A stretch of 64,000 bases of DNA, from positions 2,294,001 to 2,358,000 of the forward strand of contig JAQFVV010000009.1 in the NCBI GenBank assembly GCA_028023455.1, in the 5' to 3' direction. Made by a program: the position numbers and the translations under genes. This document shows, piece by piece, positions 12,281 through 27,049 of this stretch (within the stretch, counting starts at the first letter, position 1; the number at the start of each line of letters is the position of its first letter). The stretch comes from Epiperipatus broadwayi. Its lineage: Eukaryota; Animalia; Onychophora. The notes beneath the pieces are model-generated. The model was not told the origin of the DNA. It did no database searches and saw nothing but the letters and a program-made list of their open reading frames with translations.

Positions 12281-15129
12281 TTTTTTATGTACAAACAGAA
12301 ATACCATTTTAATGTCATCCATTCACAATCATCTACATGTTATGCATGAAGATGATTGTGATGATTTAAAAAAAAAAATTATCAGTTTTGTATATTGAAA
12401 CAGTTACTAGAGAAAAAATATTTTAAATAGTTTGTTATTCATAAGTATGTTAAGAAAAAGTTATACACCACATATGTTATATAAATACTATTTAAAGGAA
12501 TGAAAAGTAAAAGAATAACGTAAAATTATATTAAAATGTTGCTATGCAAATTTCAAAAACTAATAATGTTAGAGTAATTTTTGAAAGTAATGATAAAATA
12601 ACTCAAGTAGTAATATACAAATTATATATATATATATATATATATACATAAACTATTGATGATTATATTATTTTACATACTGACTGGTGAAATCTGTGAT
12701 TATTTGCTGTAGTATCTATAATTTAATATATACATATTTTAAGATTAATGTGAAGAATTGAGTCTATTAGATGCATGAGTAAAATGGGATTGTTAGGTAA
12801 AATCATGAAATTCTTAAAGGGTAATGAATAATTATTTGATTTTTAGTAAAGTTTTTAGATTTAAAAAATGAAATAATTTCTAAACTAACAAAAAATGATT
12901 TAAGAGTATGTATTTGTTTGAAATAAGTACTAATTAAAAATATGGCATTTATAAATTATATTTATGAAATATGCATGTATATATATGTATATATATGGGT
13001 GATTTGCAAATACGCCAATATTTCATATCTTATCATTCAATGTCTTAAATTTTACTTATTATTATATTTATTTTTATAATTGATTTTAGATAAAATATAA
13101 AGGACTTTATACCTAATTGTAAATATTAATTTTGAAATTAATTATATTTTATGAGTTTCTTTATATCAATACTTTTTTTTTTAAAAAAAATTGTAATTGT
13201 ATTAGCCACACATCTTATATTAGCTCTTTTATCAAAACTATTAATTATTTTTTATATACAAATAATATATTTAAAATTATCTATTGATTATTAATGCATA
13301 CTGAAAAATAATTTAAAATATAATTAAAAAACTTATGTATGCATAATTATGTATGCATGATTAACATTAACAATACTCTTCTTTATAATAAATTATTAAT
13401 AAATTATCTTTATAATCTTAAATAAATATATTTTATTTTGTATTTCTTCATGTTTTTACGAAATTTTACATTTTTATATTTTAATTTAGAAGCAATTATA
13501 TTTCTTCATTAGCACTTAACTTTTTAAAAAAAAATAATTTATTTTTATTGACTTAATTAATTTGTTAAGATATTTCTCATAAATAAATGGCCTATGATTT
13601 TTATTGTAAACATAAACTGATGTGGGGAGAAAGCCAATTTTATGTTGAGTCAATATATTTTTAGCTAATCCTATGTAATTCAATTTTTTCACTTTAGTTT
13701 ATAATATTCTTTGCACATTATAGTCCATTTGATTTATATATTTTGCTCATAATAAACAGCTTCTGGCTAATAGATGTAATACCCTAAATGTAAAAAATAT
13801 TATGATTGTTGCATTTAAAAAGTAAATTATTTATGAAAATAAATATAAACAAAAAAAAACTATTTGATTCAGTATGGATTATAATTATATTAAATATTTC
13901 TAAGCACTTATTAAGATATATGAATATATGACTATTTATGATTATTTGATGGAAAACTTTGTGTATACTATTTAAAACTATAATGTTTAAAAAAATATAT
14001 CTGTCTGTTTCTTTACCATATTATTTGAGTTTGACTGAAAATTCAAAGAATATAATAGCAATAAAATAAAAATGGTAATTTTACAAAAATAAAATATAGC
14101 TAATGTTTCTGTGTAGTGCATGTTTTGAAGCTTTCTTGTTTTAAACATATTCTTATTTAAATTCTTCATTTTTTCCTTTCTTTACATTTTCAAATATCAT
14201 TGGAGAGCTTTAAGTGATATTTTTATCCAATAATTTTCCCAAATGACACTGATTTAACTCATATTTTTATTTATGTTATTGGGATTTTAAAAAATTCTAT
14301 AGTCTCTATTAATTCTATGATTAGTCTATCTGATATATGAAAGGGGACAGATCTGGCATGGAATTTTATAAATATTACAGCATTCTAAAGAATTTTATTC
14401 TTGGGGCATGGAAATGCATTTTTATCTACACATGTGAGTGTAGTACACCATTTAATATGGAACTGGTATTATGTATTCACTGAAATGATAAACTTTCTAT
14501 GTGGTTTATATCAGTGCACTGTCTAATGTTATCAAATTTACTTTGTAAATGAAAAATAAATTCATTTTCATTTTCTTTCCCTAGTTTTTATAAGGACAGC
14601 AGATCCAACAATGATATTAATTATGAAGAACTTTCAATACAAATTACATTTTAACAAAGATATATTTATTATAGCTTATAATTTAACTTCATAAGACAAA
14701 TTTGATATTCACTTACCTATTCATAAGGATATTAAATTGAGTAAAAAATAACTCTACTTTATAAAGTCAAATTAGTAATTATATTGAAGGAAACTTTATT
14801 AACATCTTATTTGGAATGAAAGTTCACCTTGTTTGATATCAGTTGTCAAATCTACTATTTTTAAAGGAATTGGAGACAGCAAATGAAAATGGATTTATTT
14901 TTCATTTGTAAAACAGATTTTGACAATAGCATCGATATAAACAACAGTAAGAAATTTTATCATTTGCCATTACAACGATTATATGTATTATGAATTGCTT
15001 TATTACATACCCATATATATAATAATAATTAATAAAATATCAATTTGATATATAGATATTAGATCACATGAGGTAATCTTATAATAAAAAAAACAGCATG
15101 AAAATTTATTTTGGAAAAATGATTATTTA

Positions 15130-15660
15130 GCAATGAAGAAATGATGTGATGGGCATGAAAATAAAGTTTCCATTATTTGTGATCAGTGACTGAAAAAAAT
15201 ATGCATTATCAAAAAGAGAGATATGTAAAAAGAGATGAACAGTAGAAATGTTCAATTCAGTTTTATAAAATAATAATATAGTGATGAAAGAAAGAAGACA
15301 TATATGTTACTCTGGTACAAAGTATAAAATATTATATAGGACAGACTCATGGACAATAAACAAAGATTGTTAACAACAGAAATGAATCACTGAAGATCAG
15401 CAAAACGATCCAGATTAGAGAAAGGGCAAACAAAAAAAAATCATAAAAGTAGTTGGAGAAGAAAAATTGTGATAACTGCCATTAAAGAAAGGATATTAAG
15501 ATAATACTATCATATTATTAAGAATAATAAGATCAGAATAATAGATCTTATAACTGATCACAAAGCAGAAAAAAAGAAAAAGAGAAGATAAAAAAAATAA
15601 TAGAAAGAAGATCTGATAAAAATATGAGATCATTCAAAGCCAAATATTATGAACAACAAA
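15130..15660 (+). mobile_element. Highly decayed RTE-like LINE, 3' RT remnant
   Basis: Fragments resembling the post-RT segment (LY..DSWT..K..L.TTEM..RSAK.SRLE). Confidence 0.4.
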
Positions 15661-17281
15661 ATATGAAAAAGGAAAATATATAAGACTTTTGATTGAGGTT
15701 ACTTTAATTAATGAGAAACCTCAAAGAATATATTATGGTTATATTTATTCCTATCAAACATATTCAAATTTTTTAAATATCTTAAGTCTTCTAAAAAATT
15801 CATTAAATGGGCAATATATATATATATATGGAGCCAGAAAATCTTTGAATAACTTGAAAAATTACCATGTTTCATTTAAAAACAAAAACAGAAAAATATG
15901 ATTTTTATTTATACAGAGATGCTTTCAAAGCCTTAACACATTTTAAAAAATTGTAAAAATATATCTTAACATCAATGGTGCAGAAATAAATACAATTTGA
16001 TCAGATCAGTACAGCCTTTTTCTCGTCTGATGATGTCCTAACAATAGCTATTCCACATGACTATAAAAGTTGCATTCAATTTTTTAATTTCTATTATGTC
16101 ATACATATTTAATTTAGTACTAAAAACTTCTATTATTTTGGTTGCTAGAAAATTGTAAAAATGTCTCGATGTACATTCTGGTAAAAAAGATCTGATTTAT
16201 CTAGCTTTAGATCCATACTATTATTATCAGTTATTGCCAAATATTTTAGAAAATTTATTTATAAAAGAATAAAGTACTAATTATAAAAATAATTAAATGG
16301 TTTATTGATTGGGGGTTATAAATTGTTCAGTCACTGAAAGCAACAGAGATGAACTATGATTTATGGATTTTAAACTTCAAATCCTACTACTTTACCACTG
16401 CATTAAATTATGCTGAATTCACTGAATGCTTTATTGCTCAGAAATTTAAAAAAAGTTTGAGCATCAGAATAGAAATACTTGAAACTGAAATGCATGCATC
16501 TTGAGGTTCAGAATTCAGCAGTCTACTACATACTAAACTGTAAGGTAATGTTAAATTGTATATTATAGTGCATTAAAGGTGACAGAGCTTAAGCTGTACT
16601 TCATGGATTGTGAATTCCAGAATCCATTATTTTATTTCTACACTAACCCACAAAGGGCATAACCAATTATAAAAAATATTGTAACACAAGAAAATAAGAA
16701 CCAAAGTTATTTTAGTCTAAAGTTTTTGACCTAAGTTGTAAAATTATAATAATGAAAGAAATTAGTTTGTAAAGTAATCTTGTAAATATTTTTCCTAAGA
16801 TCATGTATTAATTCCTATATTTTTATATCCCTGATATTTTATCTATTATATATGAAATAAATGTTGTTAAATTACATTGATAACGTTAAAATCTTACTAG
16901 AGATTTAAAATATAAGGGATCTTAAAATATTATAAAACCATGTTAATACTGTTTCATGATTTATGCCATGACAATAATATGTCATCTAACAATTAGAAAT
17001 GTAATACTTAAACTTATTCAAAGAAAATAACCATGAATAAAAGTTATTGCTACATCATTATTAAATCTTTTAAACAAAAATAAAACTTAGACTTATTTTT
17101 AGTAGTAATTTTAAGACATCATCGGAGTGTAATTAATAAGTTTTTAAAATTATAAAATAATTTCGATAAAATCTTCACTCAAATTTTAGTGATTATAAAG
17201 TTACTATTTATTTTATTGCTTATTCTTTAGACTAGAGATTATCCACTTAATAAACAATATTTTCTCGTGTAATTTTCATTC

Positions 17282-17434
17282 CATGCAAGACAGGGACTGG
17301 TTTTTATCAGCTTTTAACATCATGTGGAGTAGGGTAATCATAAACATCTTTTTCACGTGTCTTTGATCATGTTTATGATTACACTCCTTCACAAGATATT
17401 AAAAGCAGATAAAAATCCGTCCCTATCTTGCATG
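17282..17434. mobile_element. Small MITE-like hairpin
   Basis: ~66-bp imperfect inverted arms CATGCAAGACAGGGAC...TAATCATAAACAT / ATGTTTATGATTA...GTCCCTATCTTGCATG around a ~21-nt spacer. Confidence 0.75.
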
Positions 17435-18154
17435 TGGTGTAGTGAAAATTATATTACAGAAATATATATTCATTACAGGTTACTCTTTAATTTTTTAAAT
17501 TATATGTTTTGCCTTATGGATCTTTTGCAGCCAATCCAATGTAAATGAAATCTAATTTAAATAAAATCTATAAAGACAGATTTTTTTTTTTATAATTGTA
17601 AATTAGCGATCAGGTTAATGCATATGCGCTTTACAGATTTTAAACTATACGTAAATGAATACTCTTATTCTCAAACAATTACAATTTATTAACATAGCGC
17701 TATATAAATAAATACTTTATTATATAAAGACAATTTGTATAAAAACATTATAAATACTATATATTTACATACAGTGAAAAAGTGCAGACGTGCTCTTCTT
17801 TTTTAAACTAAGATATAGAACTAGTATCGTTGATGGGAAAACACTAAAATCTCATTTAGGATTTTAATTGTGTAACTTTGAAAGTAATATTTATTTTATT
17901 TATTCATTTTCATGCATATTCCTGCAGTTAATTCATTTTTGCTTAGATTACAATAAATATTCTTTCTTTGAATTATATATAGTTCAAGATTAAAATCATT
18001 TTACATTATTGTTAATCTGTAAATAGTGTTAATGTTTAAAATAGTGTAATCATTTTCTATAGTCAATCGTTATTCCTGTGCAAAGACTTGGATTCTTTCA
18101 GGTTGTTACAAATGAACTGAAGTTACATCTAATGTATTTATTGTCGAGCATGGG

Positions 18155-18510
<356 letters not shown>

Positions 18511-18519
18511 AAACTATTA

Positions 18520-19300
18520 ATAATTTTGATGATCAGAAAATTTTACAGTCTGATATCAAAAGATTTCAAGATTGGTGTGTAAGAAACAATATGGAAATTA
18601 ACATTGAAAAATGTTGTGTTATATCATTTTCTAAAAAATCATCTACAAGTATGTTTAATTATACACTAAATTCAAAAAGTATTTCATGGAAAAAATATCA
18701 TAAAGATTTAAGTATTATTTTTACTAATAATGGAACATTTAAATAACAATATTCAATATATTATTGCAAAAAGTTATAAAATAATGGGTTTGATTCTCAG
18801 AAGCTGTAAAATGTTTAAGAAAAATGTATGTATGTACTTGTTTCATACATCGGTTTTGGCTATTTTAAATTATGGATCTTTGATCTGGAACTCTTGTAAA
18901 TTAAGTAATAGATTAGTACTGGAAAAAGTTCATAAAAAATTTCTAAGATATACTAAATATGAAATAATATATGACAACAATGCACTCTATAAAATATGAG
19001 TATATACTGATATGAAGTACTTAAAAAAATTACATCAGGTATAATAGATGTGAGAAGTTAGCAAAAAACATTATCATTTAAGATGAAGATAAAGAATATG
19101 AGATTTAAAAATGTGTATAACATTCCAAAGTTTAAAAGTGAAACATTAAAAAATCCAGCCTTAGTAAGATTATCTAGATTATATAATAAATACTTTAGTG
19201 CTGCTAATGTATTTGAAACAAATGACAGAAAATTTAGGACTACTGTGCAAAAAACTCTGCAAATGCTTTATGAACTAAATTAGCTGTGTATTTTTGTTTG
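18520..19300 (+). mobile_element. 5'-truncated non-LTR retrotransposon (CR1/Jockey-like), RT C-terminal part
   Basis: LQSDIKRFQDWCVRNNMEINIEKCCVISF...KDLSIIF...HIQYIIAKSYKIMGLILRS...ILNYGSLIWN...LEKVHKKFLRY; ends in an (AAT/GAT)n tail at 19330-19410. Confidence 0.85.
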
Positions 19301-19455
19301 GATGTAAAATCTGTTAAATATACTAAATTAAATAATAATAATAATGATGATGATGATGATGATGATGACAGTGATGACGATGATGATGATGACAGTGATG
19401 ATGATGATGATGTTTCAATGATAAGCTTTATTTGTCTTAAAGGATTACACAAGTT

Positions 19456-19920
19456 TACATAGCTTGGATTTCTGTGTTTACATGGGCAATCCATAGTTGT
19501 AGGTTTACATATATAAAAGTTGATTTATTATTTTACACAGGATTACAGGAAATTTTACATGCTGTGGATTAGTTAAGTGATTTTACATAGCTTGGATTGC
19601 TGTGGTTATATGGGGAATCCATAGATATAGGTTTACATATATAAAAGTTGATTTATTGATTTACATGAGATTACAAAAAAATTTCATGCTGTGGATTAGT
19701 TACAAGGGTTTTACCTGGCTTGGATTGCTGTGGTTTCATAGGCAATCTATAGATATAGGTTTATATATGTAAAAGTTGATTTATTTATTTATGCTGTGGA
19801 TTAGTTACAAGGATTTTACATAGCTTAGATTGCTGTGGTTACATCTGTGGTTGTAGTTTTACATATGTAAAAGTTGATTTATTGGTTTACACAAGATTAC
19901 ATAAATTTTACATGGTCTGG
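19456..19920 (+). repeat. ~126-bp minisatellite, about 4 copies
   Basis: Unit TTACATAGCTTGGATTGCTGTGG...TAAAAGTTGATTTATT...GCTGTGGATTAGTTA starts at ~19456, ~19582, ~19710 and ~19816. Confidence 0.9.
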
Positions 19921-20319
19921 ACTACTGTATCTACAGATGTAATCCAGGTTTAGTTCTCTATGTGGTTGAGTTACCTTGGTAACATAGGTGAAGACTAAAA
20001 ATTTCCATGGTAGTGTGGCAATTATCTGTGAAGTCTAGCCTGGTATGAGATCGCTGTCAGTATTTTTAGGGTATCTTCTTTGGGTGATCAGGATTTCCCT
20101 TGATTTCATTGGTAATGTGGGTTGGTGATGTTGTTGGTGTGGGTGGCAGGCCTGATGGGATTGCCATCCTTTTTTCTGGTGCATTTGAACAGATGAGTGT
20201 TGCAGAGGGGTGGTGGTACAGCTATGTTAGAATTGTTTGCAATTGTTAAATTGGACTTTGTGATAAGCTGGTCAGACTCTAGGTCTAGCTGTGCACTAGA
20301 AGTGGTACCCAAGAAAGGT

Positions 20320-21140
20320 ATTAGAAGTGACTTATGTTTTTTGAAATTATCTAGTAACTTGATGATAGTTGAAGCTTTGAATGAAAAATTTAACTCAAAA
20401 TTGAATTATTTTTTTTTTGTTAGCCTAAGGTTTTGACTACTTTATAAGCATAAATAGTCAGACCTTGTTAACTCAGCCGTGAGCAAATGAACTATATGCT
20501 GGGAACTTGAAATCGAAATTTTTAGTACTAAACAAAGATCAGAGTTTGCTACAATAACGTTAAAAATAAGGGTATGCCTGACTGACCTTTCGACTTTGAA
20601 ACTCTATGCTGGTATTATTGAGGGCAAATACTGATCACGTGATGGCTTTTTTTAATTATCATTAGGTAACTTAATTTCAATTGGAAGTTTGAATAAAAAA
20701 TGTAACCCAAAGTTGGAAGTAAGTAATCAACTGATTAAAGGTATATTATTATCTTGCGTTAGACTAATATTTTGAATTCTTTTTAAGCATAAAAAAACAA
20801 AGCTAGATTGCTTGGGGGAAATTTAAAACTGATTTTTTTTTTTTTTTTCAAATAAAAATCGGACTTTGCAATAATAAAATTAAAAATTGTTTTACGTTTG
20901 TCTGAACTTTGGATTTTGAAATTCTGTACTAGGAATGTTGGTGTAAGCATCTGGTCATGTGATTACTTTGTCGCCATATTGTTTTCCAAAATTATCTTGG
21001 GTAAATTGATTTTAATTGAATTTTTGAATGAAAAATGTGACACAAAAGTATTAAACAATTACCAATTCATTGGAAATTGAAAAAGGTATATCAGGATAAG
21101 GTTTTTTTACCTTTCTAGGTTTAAACTTTGACTACCTTTG
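20320..21140 (+). repeat. Old degenerate ~320-bp tandem repeat, about 3 copies
   Basis: AATTATC..GTAA.TT.AT...TTG.A.TTTTGAAT.AAAAAT.T.AC.CAAA recurs at ~20345, ~20655 and ~20990. Confidence 0.55.
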
Positions 21141-21191
21141 GAGCATGAAAAACTAGAGCATGCTTACTTGGTTGTAAACAAATGGACCTTT

Positions 21192-21233
21192 GCTGCTGCT
21201 GCTGCTGCTATTATTATTATTATTATTATTATT

Positions 21234-21271
<38 letters not shown>

Positions 21272-21314
21272 GCTTGCTGCTGCTGCTGCTATTATTATTA
21301 TTATTATTATTATT

Positions 21315-21352
<38 letters not shown>

Positions 21353-21356
21353 GCTT
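21192..21356. repeat. Duplicated compound microsatellite [(GCT)n(ATT)n(GTT)nGTGCTT]x2
   Basis: Unit 1 is 21192-21275 and unit 2 is 21276-21356. Confidence 0.97.
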
Positions 21357-21679
21357 ACAATTTGTAAATTTACTTCTTGTTTCTGTTGATACTTTTTATT
21401 TATTTTGTGTGTAATTTTTATAAATTATTTTTGCTTCATTAACTTTATATATTTTTCCATTAATAAATTGCTTTGCGCAGGCTATGTTGAATTCTTTTTT
21501 TACTATTATAATTGTTATTTGAGCTTATAATTTTTATTCTTTTTATTTATTATTAAGATTTTTTTTATGATTTTGTTTTAAATGATTGTTTCTACATTAA
21601 AAAATTTATATAAGAAAACATATTACAAGATGGAAAGTAATTAACCTCTGATTAATTAAAGTGATTATAACCATATATG

Positions 21680-22978
21680 GATGAAAAATATCAATATTAG
21701 GAGTTTATCAGTATCAATGAAGATACTTCACAATATAAATTTTTTGAACAATTAAATAATGAAATCCTAAAATCTGATATAACTAACGAAATTCTATTGC
21801 TTGGAGATTTTAATGGAAAAGTACAAGACAAAAAAGATGCAACTGTAGAAAAATATGAAGATATTAATAAATGATAATGGAATATTTGATTAATATAAGT
21901 GGACCTAATAATTTGAGAATATTGAATAATTTTTATTATCTTAATGAAATTCATAAATATAGAAAAGTATTCAGAATACACAAAATCGTAAATCTATAAT
22001 TGATTATATTGACAGCAGGGCAAAATATGAATTTCAAAATACTAGATGTAAGAATATGCAGAGAATTATCAAAGGGTAGTGATCACAATTATTTGAAATT
22101 TAGATAATACTTCCAGCAGGAATAAATTTACACTTACAATTTAGATGATTTAGATTATGAGAATTTTCATAGCTGGATACTGTAGTTCCTGATTAGGTGA
22201 AAAATTATAATTTTGAAACAGTTTTTAATCTCAAAGGAGAACATTTGATTTATAATATATATATCAGTGATGAAGCATGACTTTTTTAGGAACAGAAGCA
22301 CACTTCTTTTTTTATAATGTTTTTATTTCACTTGCCACACCAATTTTTACATAATAGTGCCTAATATATATATTACATACATCTAGGAAAATCTGAAACT
22401 TTCTTATCTGTAAATCAGAAAATATATCATCAATATATTTTTATCTTCCAAATCCTTTTAACATTTTTAAAAGTTTTAACTGTAAATTACATCTTAGCAT
22501 TGTATGAAGTTTTTATAATCAACAAGAAAGTGAGAATGAGTTAGTCGAGTTCATTTTTAATCCCTACGTATATAAAAACAATTTGACTATTGGTAAAAAA
22601 AAAAAAAAAAGTCAACAATAATTTCATTCAAAAAATAATGAATTTGAATTGCTGATTCTAATCAGATTGTGATTAGTTTAAATATAGATAATACATTATC
22701 AATATATTTTTATCTTCCAAATCCTTTTAACATTCTTAAAAGTTTTAACTGTAAATTAGATCTTAGCATTGTTTGAACTTCTTATAGTCAATGAGAATGC
22801 AAGAATGAGTTAGTCGAGTTCATTCCCAATCCCCATGTATATAAAAACAATTTGACTGTTGGTAAAAAAAATTGAAAGTGAATTTTTTAAATTGAATTTT
22901 ATTAAAGCTTTTGAAAATTGTAGTGAATTTTTCTACAAAAGCCCTCTTTCTGTTCAATACATGAATGCTTCATCCCTG

Positions 22979-23012
<34 letters not shown>

Positions 23013-24660
23013 ACACACACACACAAGAGAAATATTGGATATATGCTAATTTAATGATCATAGGAAAAATTATAATGATGGGATCAGAGATTGAAAATGA
23101 GATAGCAAATAAAAGGACAGATCTATCAGAAATATTTAAATATTAAAACAGATTTAAAGATAAAATCAAATACAAAAAAATCCAAGCAAAAGTATAAAAA
23201 ATAATAAGAATGAAAAATGAAATATGAGAAAGAAACTAAAAAGATTGATTCACATTTTAGTAGAAAAATAAATAATAAAAGCTGGAGAATGATTAAGAGT
23301 TTAAGACAAGAAACAAAAAGCTAAAATAGTTCCAATTTCAGTGAAGACATGGAAACTATATGTTGAAAATTTGTTAACAGATAATAGAATAGAATTTGAA
23401 AATATGGATGAAGAACAAAATATACAAATGGTAGAATATACTATATTAATAAAAAAATAATGAAATTATATATAAATCTTTAAAAACCAAAAAGACTCCT
23501 GGTCCCAGTGAAATTTCATTTGAATTAGTAAAAAACAGAAGTAAAAATATTGTTTGTACACAACTGAATTCTCCCAAAACTGTATTAATAGTGCTGAGAT
23601 CCCACTGAAAGAAAAGTGTAGTACATTACAACAATTCATAAAAAAAAAAAAAATAGAAAAGAACAGTTGTAAAATTATAGAAGAATAGCAATTAGTTGAA
23701 TTCAATATATACAAAAATTCTGAAAAGTTTGGAAGCAAAGAAACAGACAGGGTTTCAAGAATAAAGATTTACAATAGACCAGGTGTTCAATATTATCCCA
23801 GTAATAGAAAAGAAGTTAGAAAGAAATCAAAAATTACTTCTATATATAAACATTAAAAGGCATATGATAGTATCCCTTTCAGAAAATTATGGAAACACTA
23901 AAATTAACAAACATAAGTGTAACTCTTATTAAAGCATTGAAATATGCAAAAATAAAATATATAATTTTGGTTAATGTAAAGATAATCAAGGGACTCAAAC
24001 AGAGATATTACTTATCACCTACTTTATTTAAATTACATCTAAAACAAGCATTTAAAATATCGAAAAGAAAATGGGGATTCCTTTACATAAGAATAAAATG
24101 CTTTACATTGAGTTACACTGATTATTATATAATTTTAAAAGTCAAGGTCATGATTATTTGAGCTATATAGCTAGGAAATTACGACAATAGAGGAATATAA
24201 AAAATGGAGCGCGCGGAAATGAATATAATAAAAACAAAAAATTTGTGCTGTGGAGAAACACAACAGAATGTATTATTGGAAGATAAAGATTAAAAAATAT
24301 AAGAAATAGACATACCTATGCATAAAACCACTCATGTATTAAATATAAAAGCTATGGTAATAATCAACAAAATATTGTAGAATCAATATATCAAAAGTAA
24401 ATAAATTATATATATTTGACCCAATAATGAAAAGTTTTATTACATTTGGAAGTGACATCAGTAGTGACAGAAATAAACTAACAATTATATTCTTGATATC
24501 ATTTCCCAATTATCTGATTGTGACAGACCAATAAATAAGAAATGAATTGTGTCTACAAATTTGAAATAGGAGCACTTAGATAGAAACTAAGTTTTTCCAT
24601 CAATAAGTTTGAACTTCTGTACATCAGCAAAGAGACTTAAACCTAAATTTAGATACCATA
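21680..24660 (+). mobile_element. Decayed RTE-like LINE (APE endonuclease + RT), interrupted by an insertion at ~22120-23020
   Basis: APE: FFEQLNNEIL...ILLLGDFNGKV...IIDYI...GSDH (21730-22090). RT: KTPGPSEISFELVK, QTGF, KAYDSIP, KGLKQRYYLSPTLFKL. Confidence 0.85.
22423..22875 (+). repeat. ~270-bp-period direct duplication inside the LINE insertion
   Basis: ATCAATATATTTTTATCTTCCAAATCC...GAATGAGTTAGTCGAGTTCATT...AATTTGACT.TTGGTAAAAAAA present at ~22428 and ~22698. Confidence 0.9.
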
Positions 24661-25110
24661 TCTATTTTGTTTTATTAATAGTCTATATATTGTTGGTTAA
24701 CGACAAATTAAATGCATTTGAAAAGTTTATTTTTTGAATAAAATGATGTAATTGATATAGAGAGCGACACTATTTTCATCTATACACATTCGTGTATATA
24801 TAATAACTTTTACAAGCCGATAAAATCTCCTAGCACAACCTGTATTATATTTAAGTAAATATTTCGCTTTACATCATTATCCAATTGCCTAAGTCAAATA
24901 TAAATAGATTTTTTTTTTTTAAAAAAAAAAAGTATTGCTCAATCTAGTTAAAATACTAAGAGATTATTAAATCTTGTTAGAAGAAAGTGCATAATATCGA
25001 TCAATATCTTCTCCTTTTGATGGATTTATTTCCAACAATAATGATTCAAAAGTAATAAAAAGTATAATTTATTTGTAAATGATTTCTTCTTTTTTTTTTT
25101 TATGTTGCAG

Positions 25111-25190
25111 GAACATCATTCCCTCTTGAAGATATAGATTACGGGCTTTCATTACATAAATATTATATCTATTTAATTGATCATTATTAA
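25111..25190 (+). other. Candidate terminal coding exon of an unidentified gene
   Basis: Strong acceptor (T-tract)ATGTTGCAG| followed by open frame (G)TSFPLEDIDYGLSLHKYYIYLIDHY*; no partner exons identified. Confidence 0.2.
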
Positions 25191-27049
25191 ATTTGCTTTC
25201 TGCCATACAAAATATTACAAAATTTTCCGTCAGAATAGTTTTTTTAGTTTAAAAAATTATGTTTTTAAGTATCTAGAGTTCTGAATTTATTTGAGATTAT
25301 TATTAGTTATATTCTTCTGCATGCTATCTTACTAATATTATAAACAGAGTAGTCTCGTACTATAAAAAGTTTATTAGTTGTGTCACTGTTAAACTTATTA
25401 TCATTAAACTTATCATTAATTTAATATTTTTTACAATATTTTTCACACTATATATGTATTGATTATTACTACTATAATCTCTATATCATTTTATCATTTA
25501 CTAGTCAATATAATAATATAACCAAATGATAACTTATTGATCATCATAGTTAATCATTATCTATTTCTTGCTATTCTTTTAACAATTTATTCTAACGTTT
25601 CAATTTTAGAGCTGCATTATAAAATAATCTCTATATTATTTTATCATTTACTGCTACTAATTTTCTTGTCTGAAAGCAAGTCGAGTAACTAGTCAATATA
25701 ATACTACAACTAAATGATAACTTATTGATTATCATAGCTAATCATTTGCCATTTCTTGATGTAATTAACTTTTAACATTATTATGTCACACAGTAGATTT
25801 TATTTCTTTTCTGTAGTAAATCTGAGATTTCGCGCCGTAATATCTTAAATTAATAACACAATGAATGATAAGTGTATATATTTATATATTCAAGCTTTCA
25901 GGCCAAGATGCTTAAGACTGGCTTATATATATAAATAGTTAAGTTGAGAAAAGGTTGGTATCATCCTTTTCTTATCAAAATCTCTGTGTGTGTTGAAGCC
26001 TGATCGCTCTTAAGACAGCTGTTTAAAATCTGATTGGTTGTCTGAGAGATAATAGCGCATGTGAAAGACTTGCAAAGTTTCAATTATTACCAATTTATTA
26101 ACAACATCCGATTTAGACAAATATTGTTTGTAATTCAATAAATAGGGAAGATCAACTATGAAGGATATTGTAAATTGCCTAAATGATCATAAAAGTATTA
26201 AAAAATGTTCCGGTCACAGATTCGGTTAGTTTAGAAGATGACTGTTATTGGAACTGCCTTGCATAGTTTGGTGTATGATCGAGTGGCTACTCTGAATCTC
26301 AAGATTCGTGGCCTCTGTGAACTGAATTTCTTACTAATCATTGGATTACTTTTATTATTGAAAGTGAAAAACAAAATGAAATAGTGTTTGTTATTAATAA
26401 TTTTATAATTCATAAATGGTAACTTAAATTCACTTTCTAAATAATATATTTATATTTATCATTTTAGTTATATAGTGATTCCGTTCACCCAGCATAAAAA
26501 AAAAAAAAACTAACATTATTATTTATACGATTAACATTAACTGAAACTCTGTTTTAATTTGCCTTTAAATTGTAAATTATTTTATGTGAGCATCAATTAA
26601 TAATAGCAATATGTTTTAAAAAGACTAAATAAAAAATAAACCATTACTTCAAGATTTAAAAATTGAAATCCTAAATGAGGTCTTATTAATTACCTTTTTC
26701 AATGATATTGAGCCATGTATTATTGTAATAAGAAAATCAGCCTTTAGTTGTATTATTTTTATAAATATATGTATAATATTTGTCTTATACTTTCTGTATT
26801 TTATCCTCTCTTTTTTTTTAAATGTTAGAAACAGTTAAATTAAAATAATTATGATGTAAAGATAATGATGAATTTCTAGTTCAAAGTGAATATTTGATCT
26901 TATGAATGAAGATTGTTTTAATTAAAAGAAGAACTGTCTAGTATTAAATAAGGCATTGCTTAACTTTATTAAATTAGAAGAAAAAGTAGATAATTAACTT
27001 AAAAGTGGATATGTACTTTTATATAAAGACACAAATATTGGAAGCACAA

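Noticed and set aside
16028-16075. CTGATGATGTCC hammerhead-like start
   Set aside because: No complementary stem II strand followed by GAAA.
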